NCBI RefSeq assembly: GCF_009914755.1
Contig: NC_060933.1
Direction: 5' to 3' (one strand)
Source: the human T2T-CHM13v2.0 reference genome, Homo sapiens
Length of the DNA: 64,000 bases
The position numbers were made by a program, and so were the translations under genes. Shown here piece after piece: positions 45,184 to 60,702 of this stretch (positions within the stretch are counted from its first letter, which is position 1; each line of letters opens with the position of its first letter). The notes below the pieces were generated by a model. It searched no databases. It was given only the letters and a program-made list of their open reading frames with translations, and was not told the origin of the DNA.

Positions 45184-46909
45184 TGAAGTACCTGCCTCTG
45201 AAATTGTGTTTCTGAAACAGCAGACTCATATTGTAGTTAATAGTATCTTGAAAATATCTTAAATTGTTTTTTTGTTTGATAGGGCTAGAGAGAGCAGGGA
45301 AATTATAGCATTTGCAGCCTGTTTTCCAAAAGCGTTCGAGCAGATTTTATGAAATTATCAAATTCACTGAGTCTCATTTACATTTTAATTTTAGATTTTT
45401 TTTTTTTTTTAAATTACGGACCTCATTGAGTTCACTGTTGCAGGCACTGTAGAATTGTTCTGCTTATAAGTGAATGGAAGATTTGGCGTTGGGGACTTGT
45501 ATCATCATTGAAGGGGGTGGTAAACATTTACAGGTTTTCTAGAAATTTATTTAACATTTGATGTTTGTGATGTCACCATTCTGACAGTAAGTGAAAAAAC
45601 AGAGTTCCTGCAAATTACAGACACATCATCTAATTATTCGGGGACATTATTTTTGTTCTGTGCCATAAAAATTAAGTTCCTGTGAACATTTTAAGCCAGT
45701 ATTTTTCGGACTAACTTTTGGAAACTTAGTCTGCAGTACTTTAGAACACCTTTTGAGCCCTTAGCTCCATGTTTTGGGGTTGGATGTGAGTATTAGTTTA
45801 ATATGTTTCTGATCATATTTTGGAACCATGCATATTTGAATTCTAAGTTTCATTCTCTTAGAGACAGTTTAGCATTGTGTACTATTTGTTGCATGAGGTA
45901 TTTTGATTTGAGTTTTTTCTTTAGAAGAGCCAATTCTGAAATGTCTTATTTTTGCATGATTGTGGTTTTTCTGGGTAACGACTCTATTTTTGGACAGATT
46001 GGTTCATCCTGTTCATTTTTAAGTGGGAGTTTTCAAGATGGTGTACAACGTTGATCACTTTGTTACGAGAGAATTTTATTCCCTAATCCTTTATGCATTG
46101 TCAGAAAAAAAATTAAAAATGACTTTTATACCATGCATATCTCAGTGAAAGTCTACGTATTTAAGTATTTTATTCTGCTGGTGAATGCATCTTGGACGTA
46201 GAATGCTATTGATATTCCCTTGGACTTCCTGTGGTCTTGGCCTCTGGGTAGCACCCTTTCTGTTCAAGATGGAGTTTAGTTACTGAGTAGATAAATTGAT
46301 GAATGGGTATAGTGGCCATGTGGGTGCCTTGAATTACTTCCTAGCATACAGTTACGGTGATTCTGCAAGTGATAGAGATGGAATGTTAAACATTTTAATT
46401 TATCCCATAATTTCTTTTTTTTTCTTTACAAGAGGTATAAAATAAAAGGCAATTAACTGAAGCCCTTCATTTATTCATTCCATAAGACTTCTTAATCTTG
46501 TTCATTCACTTCTAAGACTGGCTAATACAGATAGATTTTTAAAAATATATTGCAAGTTGAAAGTATGTTATGTTGTAAGAAAATCCACTAGAGAAAAATT
46601 GAAATTTTTGCAGCTTAAGAATTATGAGGTGATTAATTATATCACAAAGGAATTCTTTGCTTTACAAAAATATTTATTTTATGGTTCTTTCTACAAGAGA
46701 AGTTCCTGAGTATACTTGAAGGATGATAAAATTTTTATGAAATGTATCTACCCTCAAATGATCACGAGTATGTCTCTTGCATAAAGTATACATGTATTTA
46801 TTAACACCCAGAGTATTATATTTGAGGTATGTAAAATACTCAGTGTGTGGTATTATCTACCTTTAGAGGTATCTGTACCTTTAAAGGCAGCCATGTTATC
46901 TTTTCCTTT

Positions 46910-47135
46910 GGTGGAGTGGAAATCATGGGCTCTGCCTGTCAGAGTAGGCATGGGTTTCACCACATTCTCCATCTCTTACTATGTGAACTTGGGCAAGTCT
47001 TCTAACCTAAATGGGTCTTAGTGTTCTCATCAGTGAACTGGAAGATAAATGACTCTGTCTTATGGAGTTGTGAGGATTAAATGGATGTAGGGCTCCTAAT
47101 ACCATGCCAGGCACATGGTGGGCACCCAACCAATG
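46910..47135 (+). mobile_element. MIR element
   Basis: tgtgaacttgggcaagt...gttgtgaggattaaatg...gccaggcacatggt. Confidence 0.75.
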
Positions 47136-47609
47136 ACAGCTGCTTCTACCATATTCCTTATTTTCCACTCATGTTGCTGTCTCTGTTATTAATGGGAGTT
47201 CCATTTTCCTATTCTTGAAGCTCTTTCTCGCTGTTCTCTTGTCTTTGCTCTCCTTCCGGTAGCCCCCCCACATCTCTCTCCATAAACTTTTCAAGCACTT
47301 TGTGTGTGTATGTGGTTGTTGTTGATATGGCTGGGCTGATGTTCATTTTCTACTTTTTCAGCCTTGTTAGGATTTTTTTTTTTTAGCCTGGGGAAAGTTG
47401 GAAATTTCATTGCCATCCTAGGGGGTAAAGAAGTTTCTTCTACCACCACTGCTTACAGCCACAAACAATGTGCATGTCTTACTTAGCCTGGATAAAGAAT
47501 CCAGAAAGGAACTACGGCAGATGGAGGAAAAGGCTAAATACTTTCACAGCAGTAATTCTCAAATGTTTTTATGAAAAAAGAGCCATATAGGAAAGAGGCT
47601 TTTACTTTT

Positions 47610-48395
47610 ATTTTTTAATTTATGTGTAGCAAAATTTGCTTCTTTTGGTGTATAGTTTTATGAGTTTTGACAAATGAAGAGTTGTGTTAACCATGCCCAC
47701 AACAAAAATTCAAAACAATGTCATCATCCACCGCTCCAAAAAAAATTCCCTGGTATTTCCTGGTACTACTTCTTTTCAGTGAAACCCTCCCTCGGCTCGT
47801 AGCCTCATGCAGCCACTCATCCGTTCTCCATCCCTGTCTATAGCTTTATCTTTTCCAAAATGTCGTATGAGTAGAATAAGACAATGTATAACCTTTTGCA
47901 TGGTTTTTTTTAATTTGGCAAAATGTGTTTCAGATTCATCCATGTTGTTGCATGTATCAATAGTTGGTTCATTTTTATTGTTGAATAATATTCCATTACA
48001 TGGATGCAGCGCAGTTTGTTTGACATTTGGGTCATTTCTAGTTTTTGACAATTATGAATAGAGCTGCTATAAACTTTTCATGTACAGGTTTTTGTGTGAA
48101 CATAGGTTTGCATTTCACTTGAGTAAACGCCTTAGGTGTATGACTGGTTGATCGAATGGTCAGTGTATACATAGATTTGTAAGAAACTTCTGCATTGTTT
48201 CTTAGACTGTCTGAAGCACTGGGTAGTCCCACCAGAAATATATGACCATTCCACTTCCTCCACATTCTCATTAGTGCTTGCTATTGTCAGTTTTTCAAGA
48301 TTTTTAGCCATTCAATAGGTGCATAGTGGCGTCTTGTAACTTTGATTGGCATTCTCTAATGTCTAATATTGTTGAGCATCTTTTCATGTGCTTTC
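47610..48395 (-). mobile_element. Ancient L1M 3' fragment
   Basis: cagattcatccatgttgttgcatgtatcaatag, ccacttcctccacattctc, gttgagcatcttttcatgtgc. Confidence 0.85.
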
Positions 48396-51300
48396 TCAGG
48401 TGAAACTAAAGCAGGTATATAAAGGCCACGGTTTTGTAAATGCAGGTCAACCGCATAGGAAAATTAGCTTTAATATTGGTCTAATGAAACACTTAATGAG
48501 CAAGGGAATATACCCACCCCCCAACCACCAACACCGCTAAGCTGTTGTCATAAAATCCATTTCTTATGCACGGGAAAGAATGCCAAATAGAAAAGGGATT
48601 ATGTAAGAACAACTTAAGCTAAATAAAAATTGATTTTTCTATTTAGCTCACATTTAAGGTTGTCTGTGCTGACTCTTTTGTTAATTCATATCATCAAGAA
48701 CCAACTATACTTGCAATTGGCTGGGTATTTCTTTATGTCTAAATATGCTAAAATATGTATATAATATCTGAGGTTAACTAGAGGTTGACCTACCTAAAGT
48801 CAATCCTGATTCTGATATAATTTGTGAAAAACACCAACAAAGCTTTGCTTACATTGGCAATTTGTGTATTCATTATATCAAATTTTGGAATGCTTAGCAT
48901 AATTAATCATTACTTTGTTCCTCTCTCATGCCATAGCGTTTAGAACCTGAGACTTTTCATAAATTGAATCATATTGTTTACAAATCTCAGTTCACAAAGT
49001 GGTGATATATCGCATGTAGTTTAGGTTTATTATTCCAATAAAACATCCTTTAGGAAGGGGAATTATAAATGAAGAATAGTATTCAGGCAGAAGCTATGAA
49101 CAAAGTTCAAATACTTCTACAGGGGTATATAAGAAGAAATGCTGAGCCAGTATAATGACCTGATTTGCCTACTTTTAGGGACCAGTTAGGCCATTTACTA
49201 ACATAAGAATGCTTAGGAGATAATTACCAGATACATGAGGTCAGCACCTCAGTTTTACATATGATTTAAACAAAAATAGCTCCAGTGGCTCTCACAAACC
49301 TAACTTACTGGGAGAATCACCCCCGTGAAGAAGTCACAAGTTTCATTTGCTATAGCACCAGTATATTTTGAGGAGCTTTCACATGCATGCTCTAAACAGA
49401 TGCCATCACATTTTTTGGGGGATGAACTCAGACTCAACCGAGTTGGAGTTGGCACGATTATTATAAAAACTTCTCTCGTCACTGTGATTCAGTGTGGTGG
49501 CTGTATAATTGTTCAGTCCATCCCTTTTCTTGATACAAACCTGTTGATTGCCTGCTCTGTACGTTATACTGCACTCAGGCCAGGTGGGAGGCACAATATA
49601 CCAGAAATGGGAGGCATGGTGTGAGAAGTCAACAGACTTGGCTGTGGAGATGAGGGCTACTCACACTGAATAATAGTGTGGCAATGCAAGGCAGCATCAT
49701 CCCACCAATCAGAATGAATGATCCAGGCATTCAGGTGGTTTAGGACGGGGTACCCAGTATGTACACATGGGTGTATGTGTTGGGAAATGCTTATTAGTAA
49801 TCCATTGGGTGGAGAAAGATGTTAGAACAATCATATATATTGATCTTTCTCTTAAAAAGTCTTCACTGATATTTAACATGCAGATTGACACCGGTACCTA
49901 TGTGGTAGGTACGTATGTGTGTCTGAAAGCGAGTCATGTGCTGGGAGTACACTGTGTAGGTTATCCCAGGGGAAGCGTGAGAGTGGGTTTCCACCACTGG
50001 GAGCATCTGATAGTCCTTTCATCCTTGCTGCCTGGTTCATTTACTTTCTGCCAATGGTGGTGAGGCCTTATGGGTTTCCCCGTGCCCAGATAAGGAGATT
50101 TAGTATGATCTGATTTTAACTAAACTAACAACCCTGGTCCCCAGAAGGGCTTAAAAGGATTCTGCAAAGGAGTGCAGGTTGAAATCACATAGGCATAGAT
50201 GAACAATGGGAAAAAGGCCATCTTGTCTCTTTTCCCATTCCTAGTATTGGTTTTCAACAGCCACATCATGGTACATGGGCTGGAGTTGACCAAAAATATT
50301 AGATATCATCAAATTGGCAGCTTTAAATAGGGCTATAAATCAACTTCCTTTAACATTGACCTGTGCCCTGAAAGTAACTCATATCTTGAGACATTAATAT
50401 TAGTGCATGCATATAGTAATTCATAAATAAATATGTAGATATATGTTGGGAAAATGAGCTTCAGCATGTCTTCTTGTTTTTCTTCTCCATTATCAAAAAA
50501 GCTTACTGACAAACTTCTTTGAGAGAAATGAAAGGGAAATTGGCTTTGGCTGATAGTGTGATTGGGAAAGATCTTAAAAAGGGCCCTCAAGGTAGAGTAG
50601 AGTTAGAAAGGAGCCTTAAGACTAAGTAAGGATATCCCAGGCCTGGAGACAAGTACAAAAACAAACCAAGTGGCCTGGAGTTGTTTGAGAAGGCTCTGGG
50701 AGCAAACATAAAATATAGTTGTGAAGCTTATGTGATTTTTGATCCTGTGTATTAAATGCCCTAATTGTGTGAGGAAAGAGACTCTGCCTTCTAAGAGCAG
50801 CCATCAGGTCCTTGAGAGCTGCTTGCCTCTCTGCTGACTTGACCTCGTTGAGAATGCTTGGCATCCCTGTCTCCATGGTATCACCATGCATGCCTCCTGC
50901 TTTCCAAACTCCTTCACCTCCAGCCCTTAGCAGTGGCTGACTCATAGGAAGGTGCTTGAGTGTTCTTTCCTGAATTCTGGATCTGCCTTCCCCAAATGCA
51001 CAAGCATCAGCCATGCCTTCCACATTCAGGAAGGTTTGATCAAGCCAGCAGGGAGGTGCAGGTGAAGGTGAACCTCAGGCAGAGCTAGGAAGCCTGAAAA
51101 TCTCCTCAGTCGTCCTAACGTGGAGCTTAAAAGAGTGGATTCTATTTCAAATCCTAACTGTGCCATTCAATAGCTATATCTTTGGGTCTGTAGCTAAACC
51201 TCTGTGGTGCTCAGATTCCTAATCTATAAAATGAGAAGGCTAAATGTGGCTATCCCAGTACAGCTCTTTTGTGTGTTAAATGAGAGAAGGCTCAGAAAGC

Positions 51301-51568
51301 ACTTTGCACAGGGCTTTTTCTGTGGAAAGAGCCCAGTAATATTAGTCCTTGATGTCATTTTACCATTATACTTGTTAAAGTCTAAAGTTGTTCAGCGTTT
51401 TTCTTTACCCTTATCAAATGTCACTGTGAGTTAACAGCTCTTGAAAAAGTAGAAGCCTGGGGTAATCATTTCACAATGTTTATGTATATCAAAATCTCAC
51501 AGACGTACCTTAAATATACACAATATGTATTTGTATATATTATACCTTTCTAAAATATTATACCTTGA

Positions 51569-51899
<331 letters not shown>

Positions 51900-53118
51900 A
51901 AATTATAGAAAATTTTCATAAAAAAAAAAGGAGAAGTACTTTAAACATATAACATGATCAGTTATCTAAAACACAAAGCCTGTATTAAATGCATACTTAT
52001 TGATTAATCTTGGAGATTTTTCTTTCACCTGGCCAAGAAGGTCATTAAAGACTAAAGCATGTTTTTGGAGGGTTACTTACACTTCTCACCTTTTCTGTAA
52101 AAGAGCGGGCTTTTCTCTAATCTCATTTGATGCATGAAAATGTGTGGCCAGAAACTATTAATTGTGCTTCCATGTGGCCTGACAGATTCCTTCGAAAGCA
52201 ACAATTGAAGGAATATTCAAGTTCTCTGTGACCTCTTCTCCCTGGCCCTCAGAGCTGCAAATAATGTGATCATTTTACATCAGTTTATTAAACATTAGTC
52301 AGCTTGCTGATTTATTTTTAATCACATTCTGCATATTTCTAGGCATTAATCTGATGTTTATTATGAGAATTGCACATTTGTATTATTGGGATTCTTTATT
52401 AAATAAAGAAAAACAATGGTAGGAAATAAGGCAGATTTTATGTATTAGGAGTATGATAAAGTACGCAGGTGTGTGATAAACCATGAGCATGTGAATTCCC
52501 CTTAACTTTTTAAAATTGGATTTTGATGGTATTTCAACTGGAAGCACAGGAGGCCTTGTCCTCCTTTAGATGACCATAAAGTAGTGTCCAATTGTGGATT
52601 AATTTCTCTTCCACCTGTTCTCACTATGTTGTATCCTGCCATTTCTCAAGAGTAGAAGTTAATGGTAGTCACCCTAGGGATGTTATAAATCTCACTTTAA
52701 GACTAGTATTAGAGATACCACATGTGACCATTTAAAAATGTTTCACAAAGAAAATCACAGGATATTTGCCAGTCACTGCTTTTCCTAAAACCGTTCTGTT
52801 CATAGGAAAGGAAGTATAATTGGGAAGTGAAGGAAATGCTAAAAATATCCCATATTGAACATTTTTGAATTTAAACAGTTTGTAAGCCATTCTCTCTCTC
52901 AAATTTGGAACCAAGTCAAGAAATTTCAGAAAACATGACCCTAGCATCAATTACATATAACCTTCAGAAGGCCCCCCCATCATAATGGTACCTTGAACAA
53001 TGATGACTCTGGTCTCTTCTAACACCCCCATCTCACCCCGCACTCCGTGAATCCAAGAAAGAGAAAGAGAGACACCTTTGTGCTTCCAGGAGTGACACTG
53101 ACTCAGCAGTCTTCTTAG

Positions 53119-53295
<177 letters not shown>

Positions 53296-53900
53296 TGATG
53301 CAACTCAAGGTGCTGTGGTATGTCTTCTCATGGCTGTGACATTGAATATTCACAGGAAGCATCCCTGCTAATGCTGATTTGTTAAAGTAAATCACTGGAC
53401 CTCCTTTGAGCTATTATAGCTGCCAAAGATAATCTCTTCACCTCTTAGCTGCATTGGGGCAGGAAGAAAGAAGGAATATGTTCATATTACCAAAATAGTT
53501 AGCTCTGCTTATGTCAATTTTGCAGCAAATATATTCTGCCTAAGTGTGGGGTGGCATTTTAGAAGGTTTTAAAATCCAGTTTCACTCCCTGGGCATCTGT
53601 TCTGTGCTTCTGTGTTCCGGAGTCCTACGGAATAGACAGTCATGTCGCAAAGCCATATCCCTCACTGGACATAATCCTTCAAGGTTCACTTTTTTTGTAG
53701 CGTAAGTTAATCACAAGAAAGACATTATGTCTAACTCAGGAACTGCTATATAATTAAAGAAGCTTTGAACCACAAGGTGTGTAGGTGACTGAAAAAACCT
53801 ATGGTCCTTTGTCCTTTGTATAAGAAGCCCAGTGTGAAGGATCTGAAATGTCTGACCAGTTAATAATTAATTCTATTTTTCCCTTTCCACTGGTTCTTAG

Positions 53901-54008
<108 letters not shown>

Positions 54009-55022
54009 TGAGCCTGATTGTGCTAATCATACTAATGCTAGTTAAAAACAAACAAACAAACAGGAAAAAAAAAAACCAAAATAGATTTAAAACATGTTGG
54101 CGGAAGTTGAGATGACATGATCTGATAGCTCGACAAGCAGAATTAACAAACATGAGTATTCTGGTTATGGGTTCTCATTGGCACCAAGCATTTGAGCATC
54201 TGGAATTTTATAACCAAGAGTTTAAAGTGGAGAGAAAATGCTATAAGCAGTGGCTCACTTGTGTGGGTTTGGGTAAGTACTGTGAATTACCTTGTTATAC
54301 TGGGAGCTCTGAAATTGAAGATAATGATAAATACATTCAGCTTCCTCAAAAGAATGCCGTGAAAAATATTAAAATAATGTATTTATGACTTCTAAAGAGA
54401 AAGATTTTCTTTAAATATTTTCTTTGTAAAAGACACTGGCTTTAGTCTGTTACTTTGATTTATATTTTTCCTTTCTTGTTTCTGTCATGATGATGTAAAT
54501 CCAGGCTTTCATCCTGATGCTCAGGTCTCTAGAAAGCTATTTTGCAGGGAGAGGACATTTTCTGCCATGTTCACTCCATGTGAATAAGTTTCCTAAATTG
54601 ACAGTGTTTCACCCCAGTGGGCACAATTGACTGGAGCAGGAATGAAAAGGAGCCACAATTGTATTCCCCATTTGTCATTGCTGCTGCTGAGGCAAATGGT
54701 CCTGGTGGCAATTATTTGCCAGGGTAGTGCCTACTTGCTACTGCAAAATGGGCAGGAGACATAGAGAACATCACTGCAGGGCTCCAGTGTCTGCACCAAT
54801 TTATTTTAAAAAATACATAGAAACTTCTGGAAAGTTAAAACTTAATCACAGTATAAAAATTGAGTTGGAGCACTCTTCTTTTCGAATATTCTTTTTTGTC
54901 CCTTATTTTTGGCAGTTGTACATGTCAGGTCAGAGTATTCATGGCACACCATATCCACATGTCAGAGTTCTTTCCTAGCTGTGCTGGATAATTGGAAAGA
55001 TTTCTGACACTGCTATTCAAGG

Positions 55023-55140
55023 AGTCCATAGGAGAAAGTATCCATAGACACTGGGGAGTGTACCCATAGACATAGGAGAGAGTGTGTGGGCATAGAGGAG
55101 AATATCCATAGACACAGGGGAAAGTACCTACATACTGGAG
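55023..55140. repeat. Degenerate ~20-bp minisatellite
   Basis: Recurrent (t/c)ccatagaca / ggggagtgtac units. Confidence 0.7.
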
Positions 55141-55177
55141 TAAAATGACAACAGCAACAACACTTTAAAAATCTCAT

Positions 55178-55532
<355 letters not shown>

Positions 55533-56702
55533 TCATATCCACCAGGTCACTTTGTAACTGTGAACTGGGGTAAGTCACTCAGATTCTTCATGTTGTAATG
55601 TGCTTGATTTGTAAACAGGGGTAATAATAGATTATACTACTGGCAGGAGGACCAGCTTTTAAACAATAACATGTGAAGCATCTTGTAAACTGATGATGTG
55701 TTATATCAGATTTAAGGTACCAATGAATTGGTGGTGGGTGTATGTTGGGTTTAGAGGAGCTGGGAGAAAAGTCTAATGATGAAACTGTCTGGGATTTTCT
55801 TAGTCTAACCTGTTACCCACTGTCCCATTTCTTCTGAAAACAATTTTAAGACATGTATGGTAATCTATGGGGGCCTTTGGGGACTTAGGAATTTTGAAGA
55901 TTAAGCATCAATCTTACTTCGTTTTGGTTATCATAAAAGAAATGACCCCTTGAGCCATGCTGGGCTAAGTAGGGAAGGAAGGGAGATGATGCCTTCTGTC
56001 CTCCAGCTTCAGTTTGGAGGGTGGGAAAGGATAGAGGAGGAGGGGGAATCATGAAGGAAGCGAAGTTGAAGGTGCATGCCCTTCAGTACCTACATATTGA
56101 CATTTTAAGTAGCAGTTGGTAGAAAGGCAGACTCTGATTTGCAATTTTTTTCCCTAGAAACAAGAGATCCACAGTTATTGGCAAATCTATTGACAACTAT
56201 GGAACAGAGATGGTGTGTGAATTTGCCTTTGTTGTGTTTCGTTTGCCACACACCCTTTGTTCATACTAAATCCTGCCAGATGCTGAGCCTCAAAATGGGT
56301 CTCACTGCCTCCCTGGGGACCTTAAACTCAAGAAATGGAAACAGTATTTTTAACATGATGCTGTTACCTAATCTCCAACAGCATCCATTGACCCCTCTCT
56401 TTGGTTTTGACAATCCTGCTTGGAGACAGGGATGGAGCCTAATGGAGACCATGGGTTTGGTTCTAGGGGATGGAGTTGAGGTATTGGCCACAGTCCATCC
56501 TGTTAATTTTGCCACAGGGCTGGAGCCTACCGTAGATCATGAGCATATTTGAGAGTACTGTTGAGCCCAGAGGGAAAGATCTGGTCCCCTTGGAGGAAAA
56601 GCTGCAGGGATCCAGGGAGGAGGGAAAGCAGAAAAGGGAGACAGCCGGTGGCTGATGTGAAGGTGTAACCTGCTCTCCATTCCCACAGATGGTTGCCATT
56701 CC

Positions 56703-56787
56703 CATAAAGTCAGAATGGAGAAATGCATGGAGAACAGTCATTTCTCATAAAGTCAGAATGGAGAAATGCGTGGAAAACAGTATTTCT
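56703..56787. repeat. 43/42-bp tandem duplication
   Basis: cataaagtcagaatggagaaatgc(a/g)tgga(g/a)aacagt(c)atttct occurs twice. Confidence 0.93.
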
Positions 56788-56936
56788 TTCTGTGAATCAG
56801 AAAGGACGGAGTTATGTGATTACGTTCTGTATTCTGAAAACAGAAGCTGGACACTTGAGGGGTGCTGTACATCTAGGACCTTATTTGTAATGGAGGAAAG
56901 CACAGTATAGAGGAGACATTAGGATTTCACCTAACT

Positions 56937-57236
56937 GGCCAGGTGTGGTGGCTCATCCAATAAGCCTAGCACTTTGGGAGGAAAAGGCAAGCAGGTCACT
57001 TGAGGTAAAGAGTTCAAGACCAGCCTGGCCAATGTGGCGAAACCCTGTTTCTACTAAAAATACAGAAAATTAGCCAGGCATAGTGGCACATGCTGTAGTC
57101 CCAGCTATTCAGGAGTCTGAGGCAGGAGAATCGCTTGAACCTGGGAGGCAGAGGTTTGCAATGAGCTGAGACTGCGCCACTGCACTCCAGCCTGGGCAAC
57201 AGAGTGAGACTCTGTCTCAAAAAAAAAAAAAGAAAA
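56937..57236 (+). mobile_element. Alu (AluS-like)
   Basis: Full Alu; TSD gatttcacc(t/g)aact. Confidence 0.93.
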
Positions 57237-57314
57237 GATTTCACCGAACTAAGAATTATAATATATTATATAATCACAATTATTTTTATTGCTGAATTTT
57301 TCCACAATACATAT

Positions 57315-57676
57315 TGTATTAGTCCAGTTTGATGCTGCTGATAAAGACATACCTGAGACTGGGTAATTTGTAAGGAAAAAGAGGTTTAATGGACTCACAG
57401 TTCCACATGGTTGGGGAGGCCTCACAGTCATGGCAGAAGGTGAAAGGAACGTCTTACATGGTGGCAGACAAGAGAGAATGTGAGGCAAGTGAAAAGGGAA
57501 ACCCCTTACAAAGCCACGAGATCTCGTGAGACTTATTCACAACCATGAGAACGGCATGAGGGAAACCTTCCTCATGATTCAGTTGTCGCCCCCAGGGTCC
57601 CACCCACAACACATGGGAATTATAGGAGCTATAATTCAAGATGAGATTTGAGTAGGGACACAGCCAAACCCTATCA
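57315..57676 (-). mobile_element. THE1 MaLR solo LTR
   Basis: tgtattagtcc...gctgctgataaagacatacctgagactggg...cagccaaaccctatca; perfect 5-bp TSD catat. Confidence 0.92.
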
Positions 57677-58085
57677 CATATATTTATATATACATATTAA
57701 TTCTGATTTGCTTGTTTTTGTGCTCTTCTAGTCTAGACTCTGTATTCCTTGAGTTCAGATCCACCCTAGAGGGTGGATCTCCAGAAATAACTATTGGCTC
57801 CGCTATGGGCCAGTGGGTGCTCAGTGACTGTGTGATGGGTAAAGTAACCCTGTTACCTGAGAGTCTAGAGACTAGAAGAAACTCACAGGATACTTTTCTG
57901 ATGGAACAAAAGTCTGCATGCAATATACTGAATTTCTGGTTCATTACGTGTGTAAGTTTTTTGCTTATTCATTAATTATTTTGTTTTAACTATAGAAATA
58001 GGTAGGATAACCTCACTAAAAGAGTAATCATTAAGTTAATAATTACATTTTTTAAAATCATTCTTTCTATCTCTCTCTTTTAAAG

Positions 58086-58132
58086 GAATCCTTTGCTGAA
58101 CACCTAGGCTATTCAAATGGGGTCATCAATGG
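58086..58132 (+). CDS. SMARCA2: SMARCA2 coding exon (~exon 22) ESFAEHLGYSNGVING
   Basis: CT-rich tract plus taaag acceptor; TGG|GTAAAT donor; 47 nt. Confidence 0.95.
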
Positions 58133-58646
58133 GTAAATCTCAAATTTTTTTTTCTTTTAAAAAAAAATGTTGTTGGCCTTACATAAACTCCTCCTCTCTA
58201 CAGTGTTTCCTCTTGTGCAAATACTTACTTCCAGCCCTCTAAGGGCTCTTCAGTGGAGAAGTTAACCAAAACGGTATCAGCATTCTCTTTTACTTTACTG
58301 GCATAAATTATTACTTGCCTTAAGCAAGTGGCTATTCAAAGGACATAGATCTTATTTAATAGACTTAATAGTATCCTAGTGTTCTAAAAATGTTGTTGAA
58401 GCTTCAAAGGTTTGTTATTTATAACCAAAAGTATAGCTTGGGCTTGAAGAGAATGTATCTTATTAAATTTCACATTGACATTTGACATTAATGTACATGA
58501 GAAGAAATCTCTCATCTGCTGTAAATGTTTACAGTTTTATAGTCATTTGTTAGAGTGTGGTCTGTGTAAGAAATGTTTTTCATTAGCAATGGATGTTAAA
58601 GAGAATCTTGACTTGCAACAACAAAAATGAACACTGCATTAACAGA

Positions 58647-58648
<2 letters not shown>

Positions 58649-58682
<34 letters not shown>

Positions 58683-58687
58683 TGTGT
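58649..58687. repeat. (GT)n microsatellite
   Basis: Read directly. Confidence 0.93.
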
Positions 58688-59139
58688 TGCAAATTTGAAA
58701 AATTTATTATTAGGATGTAGTCATCATTTTTGGATCCCAAGGGCGGACAGTTTCACTGGGCTAAGAACCAGGAACTATAGCCTATCCTGAAGCAGTGCTG
58801 CTAAGCTTTCCCTACCTCTCCTTGCCTCTCTCTTCTCTGGGTTCTGTGGTTACTCCTGCTCCCATCAGCTTGGCCAGGGTTGCATGGTGAAAACACAGCT
58901 ATAGGGTATTTGGAGAACAGTTCTCAGAGTGGAGGATGGATGTCGGGAAGACATACGTTTGAAAATGTGTCTGTTAGAAATAACATATCCTGTGTCATAA
59001 AATCAACTACCAGATGAGACATTTCAGTACTATAGATTACATGTGCACTGGCAAGTTTTCCAAACAGTATCACCTAAAATTCGGTTTTAATTGTATAACA
59101 CAGTCCTGTTGATAAAAGAAAAAAATGGGTGAACTGTAG

Positions 59140-60072
59140 AGGGAAAAGGCCCTGCTTTAGCCTTTCTCCATATCACAGCGTCTTCTGCATCTCATACTCC
59201 CAACGTGTTTTTGACTTGTACTTGTATAGTAATCCAAGACTCTTGTCCTCCCCCAGTCCATTCTTACATGACGTCCATAGTGATCTTATAAAAAGGTACG
59301 CCAGACCTCATCACTCCCCTGCCTAAAACCCATTGATGACTTTTCATTGCACTGAAAATGAAAACGTTCAGTATAGCTCATAGAGCCCTAAAGAGTCTGT
59401 TCCTAGTCCCATCCTCCACCTCTCTGTCTTCATCTCCCAGTATTCTCTCCTCACTTCTGTTTAAGCCATGCTCCCTGTTTTTTTTTTTTTTTTAATTTCT
59501 CAAATCCTTCTGTCTCCTTTACCCCTCAGGACCTTTATGCATGCTCTTTCCTCTCCCTGGAATCTCCTCCTCTCCACCCCAGTGCCCCCGTTCTTCACCT
59601 GGATGCCTTTTTACTCATTATTTCAGGTTTTAGCTAAAATGTTATCTCTTCAGGGAGGTCACCTCTGACACTCTAAACCAGTGGTTGGCAAACTTTTTCT
59701 GTAAAGATCCAGATTGTAAATATTTTCAGCTTTGTGGGCCATAAAGTGTCTGCCACACCTGCTCAGCGTAGCCTCTGTAACATGAAAGCAGCCAGACAAT
59801 AGAGATGAGTGAGTGTGGCTGTGTTCTGATAAAACCTTATTTGTAAAAACAGACAGCAGACGGGGCCAAAGGTTGCCAAACTCTGCTCCAATCTAAAGAA
59901 GGCATCACATGTTGCTGTGAGTTTTCTCATTGGAACTTGTTATTTTAATAGTATTTATTACAGTTTGTAATTATCCATTTAGTAAAATGAGACTCTGTTT
60001 TGCTTATTATTATATACATGGCTAGCACTGTGCTTGGTACATAGTAGGTGATCAGTAAGTATTTAGATGAAT
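59140..60072 (+). mobile_element. L2 fragment interrupted by MER58A
   Basis: cctcaggacctttatgcatgct and 3' end ctagcactgtgcttggtacatagtagg. Confidence 0.7.
59679..59885 (+). mobile_element. MER58A-like DNA transposon
   Basis: cagtggttggcaaac...gttgccaaactctg TIRs; degenerate 8-bp TSD ctctaaac/ctccaatc. Confidence 0.8.
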
Positions 60073-60146
60073 CTTAAGTGCCCTGAATTAAAAATTTAAA
60101 AAGTTATATACTGAATAAGGAGAAATTTACAGAAACATGGCATATA

Positions 60147-60159
60147 CGTGTGTGTGTAC

Positions 60160-60202
<43 letters not shown>
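60147..60202. repeat. Compound (TG)n(AG)n microsatellite
   Basis: Read directly. Confidence 0.93.
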
Positions 60203-60468
60203 GGCGAGGAGAAAGAATAAGTTGAGAGAAAGATTGAAAGTATTAAGAACATGAAAGTGGTTCCTTTTCTTTCTAGAACCTGTCATCATACCTAGTATAT
60301 GCAATGCACTTTTCATGGGTTTTATATGAATATATTTTCCTTTTCTGCTAAATATTCTCATTGCTTTGGAGTTCATATTCATTCATTCATTCATTTCACA
60401 GTTACTTATTGAATGTTTACAGTGTACAAAGGACTATATGAAAAGCAAAGCAATGCTGGATTTTTTAA

Positions 60469-60702
<234 letters not shown>

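Noticed and set aside
47776-48271. Minus-strand ORFs resembling the L1 ORF2 C-terminus
   Set aside because: Degenerate, frameshifted L1M remnant.
55023-55140. Repeat-spacer-like pattern suggesting a CRISPR-like array
   Set aside because: Degenerate, irregular minisatellite in primate intron; no constant repeat with unique spacers and no cas genes.
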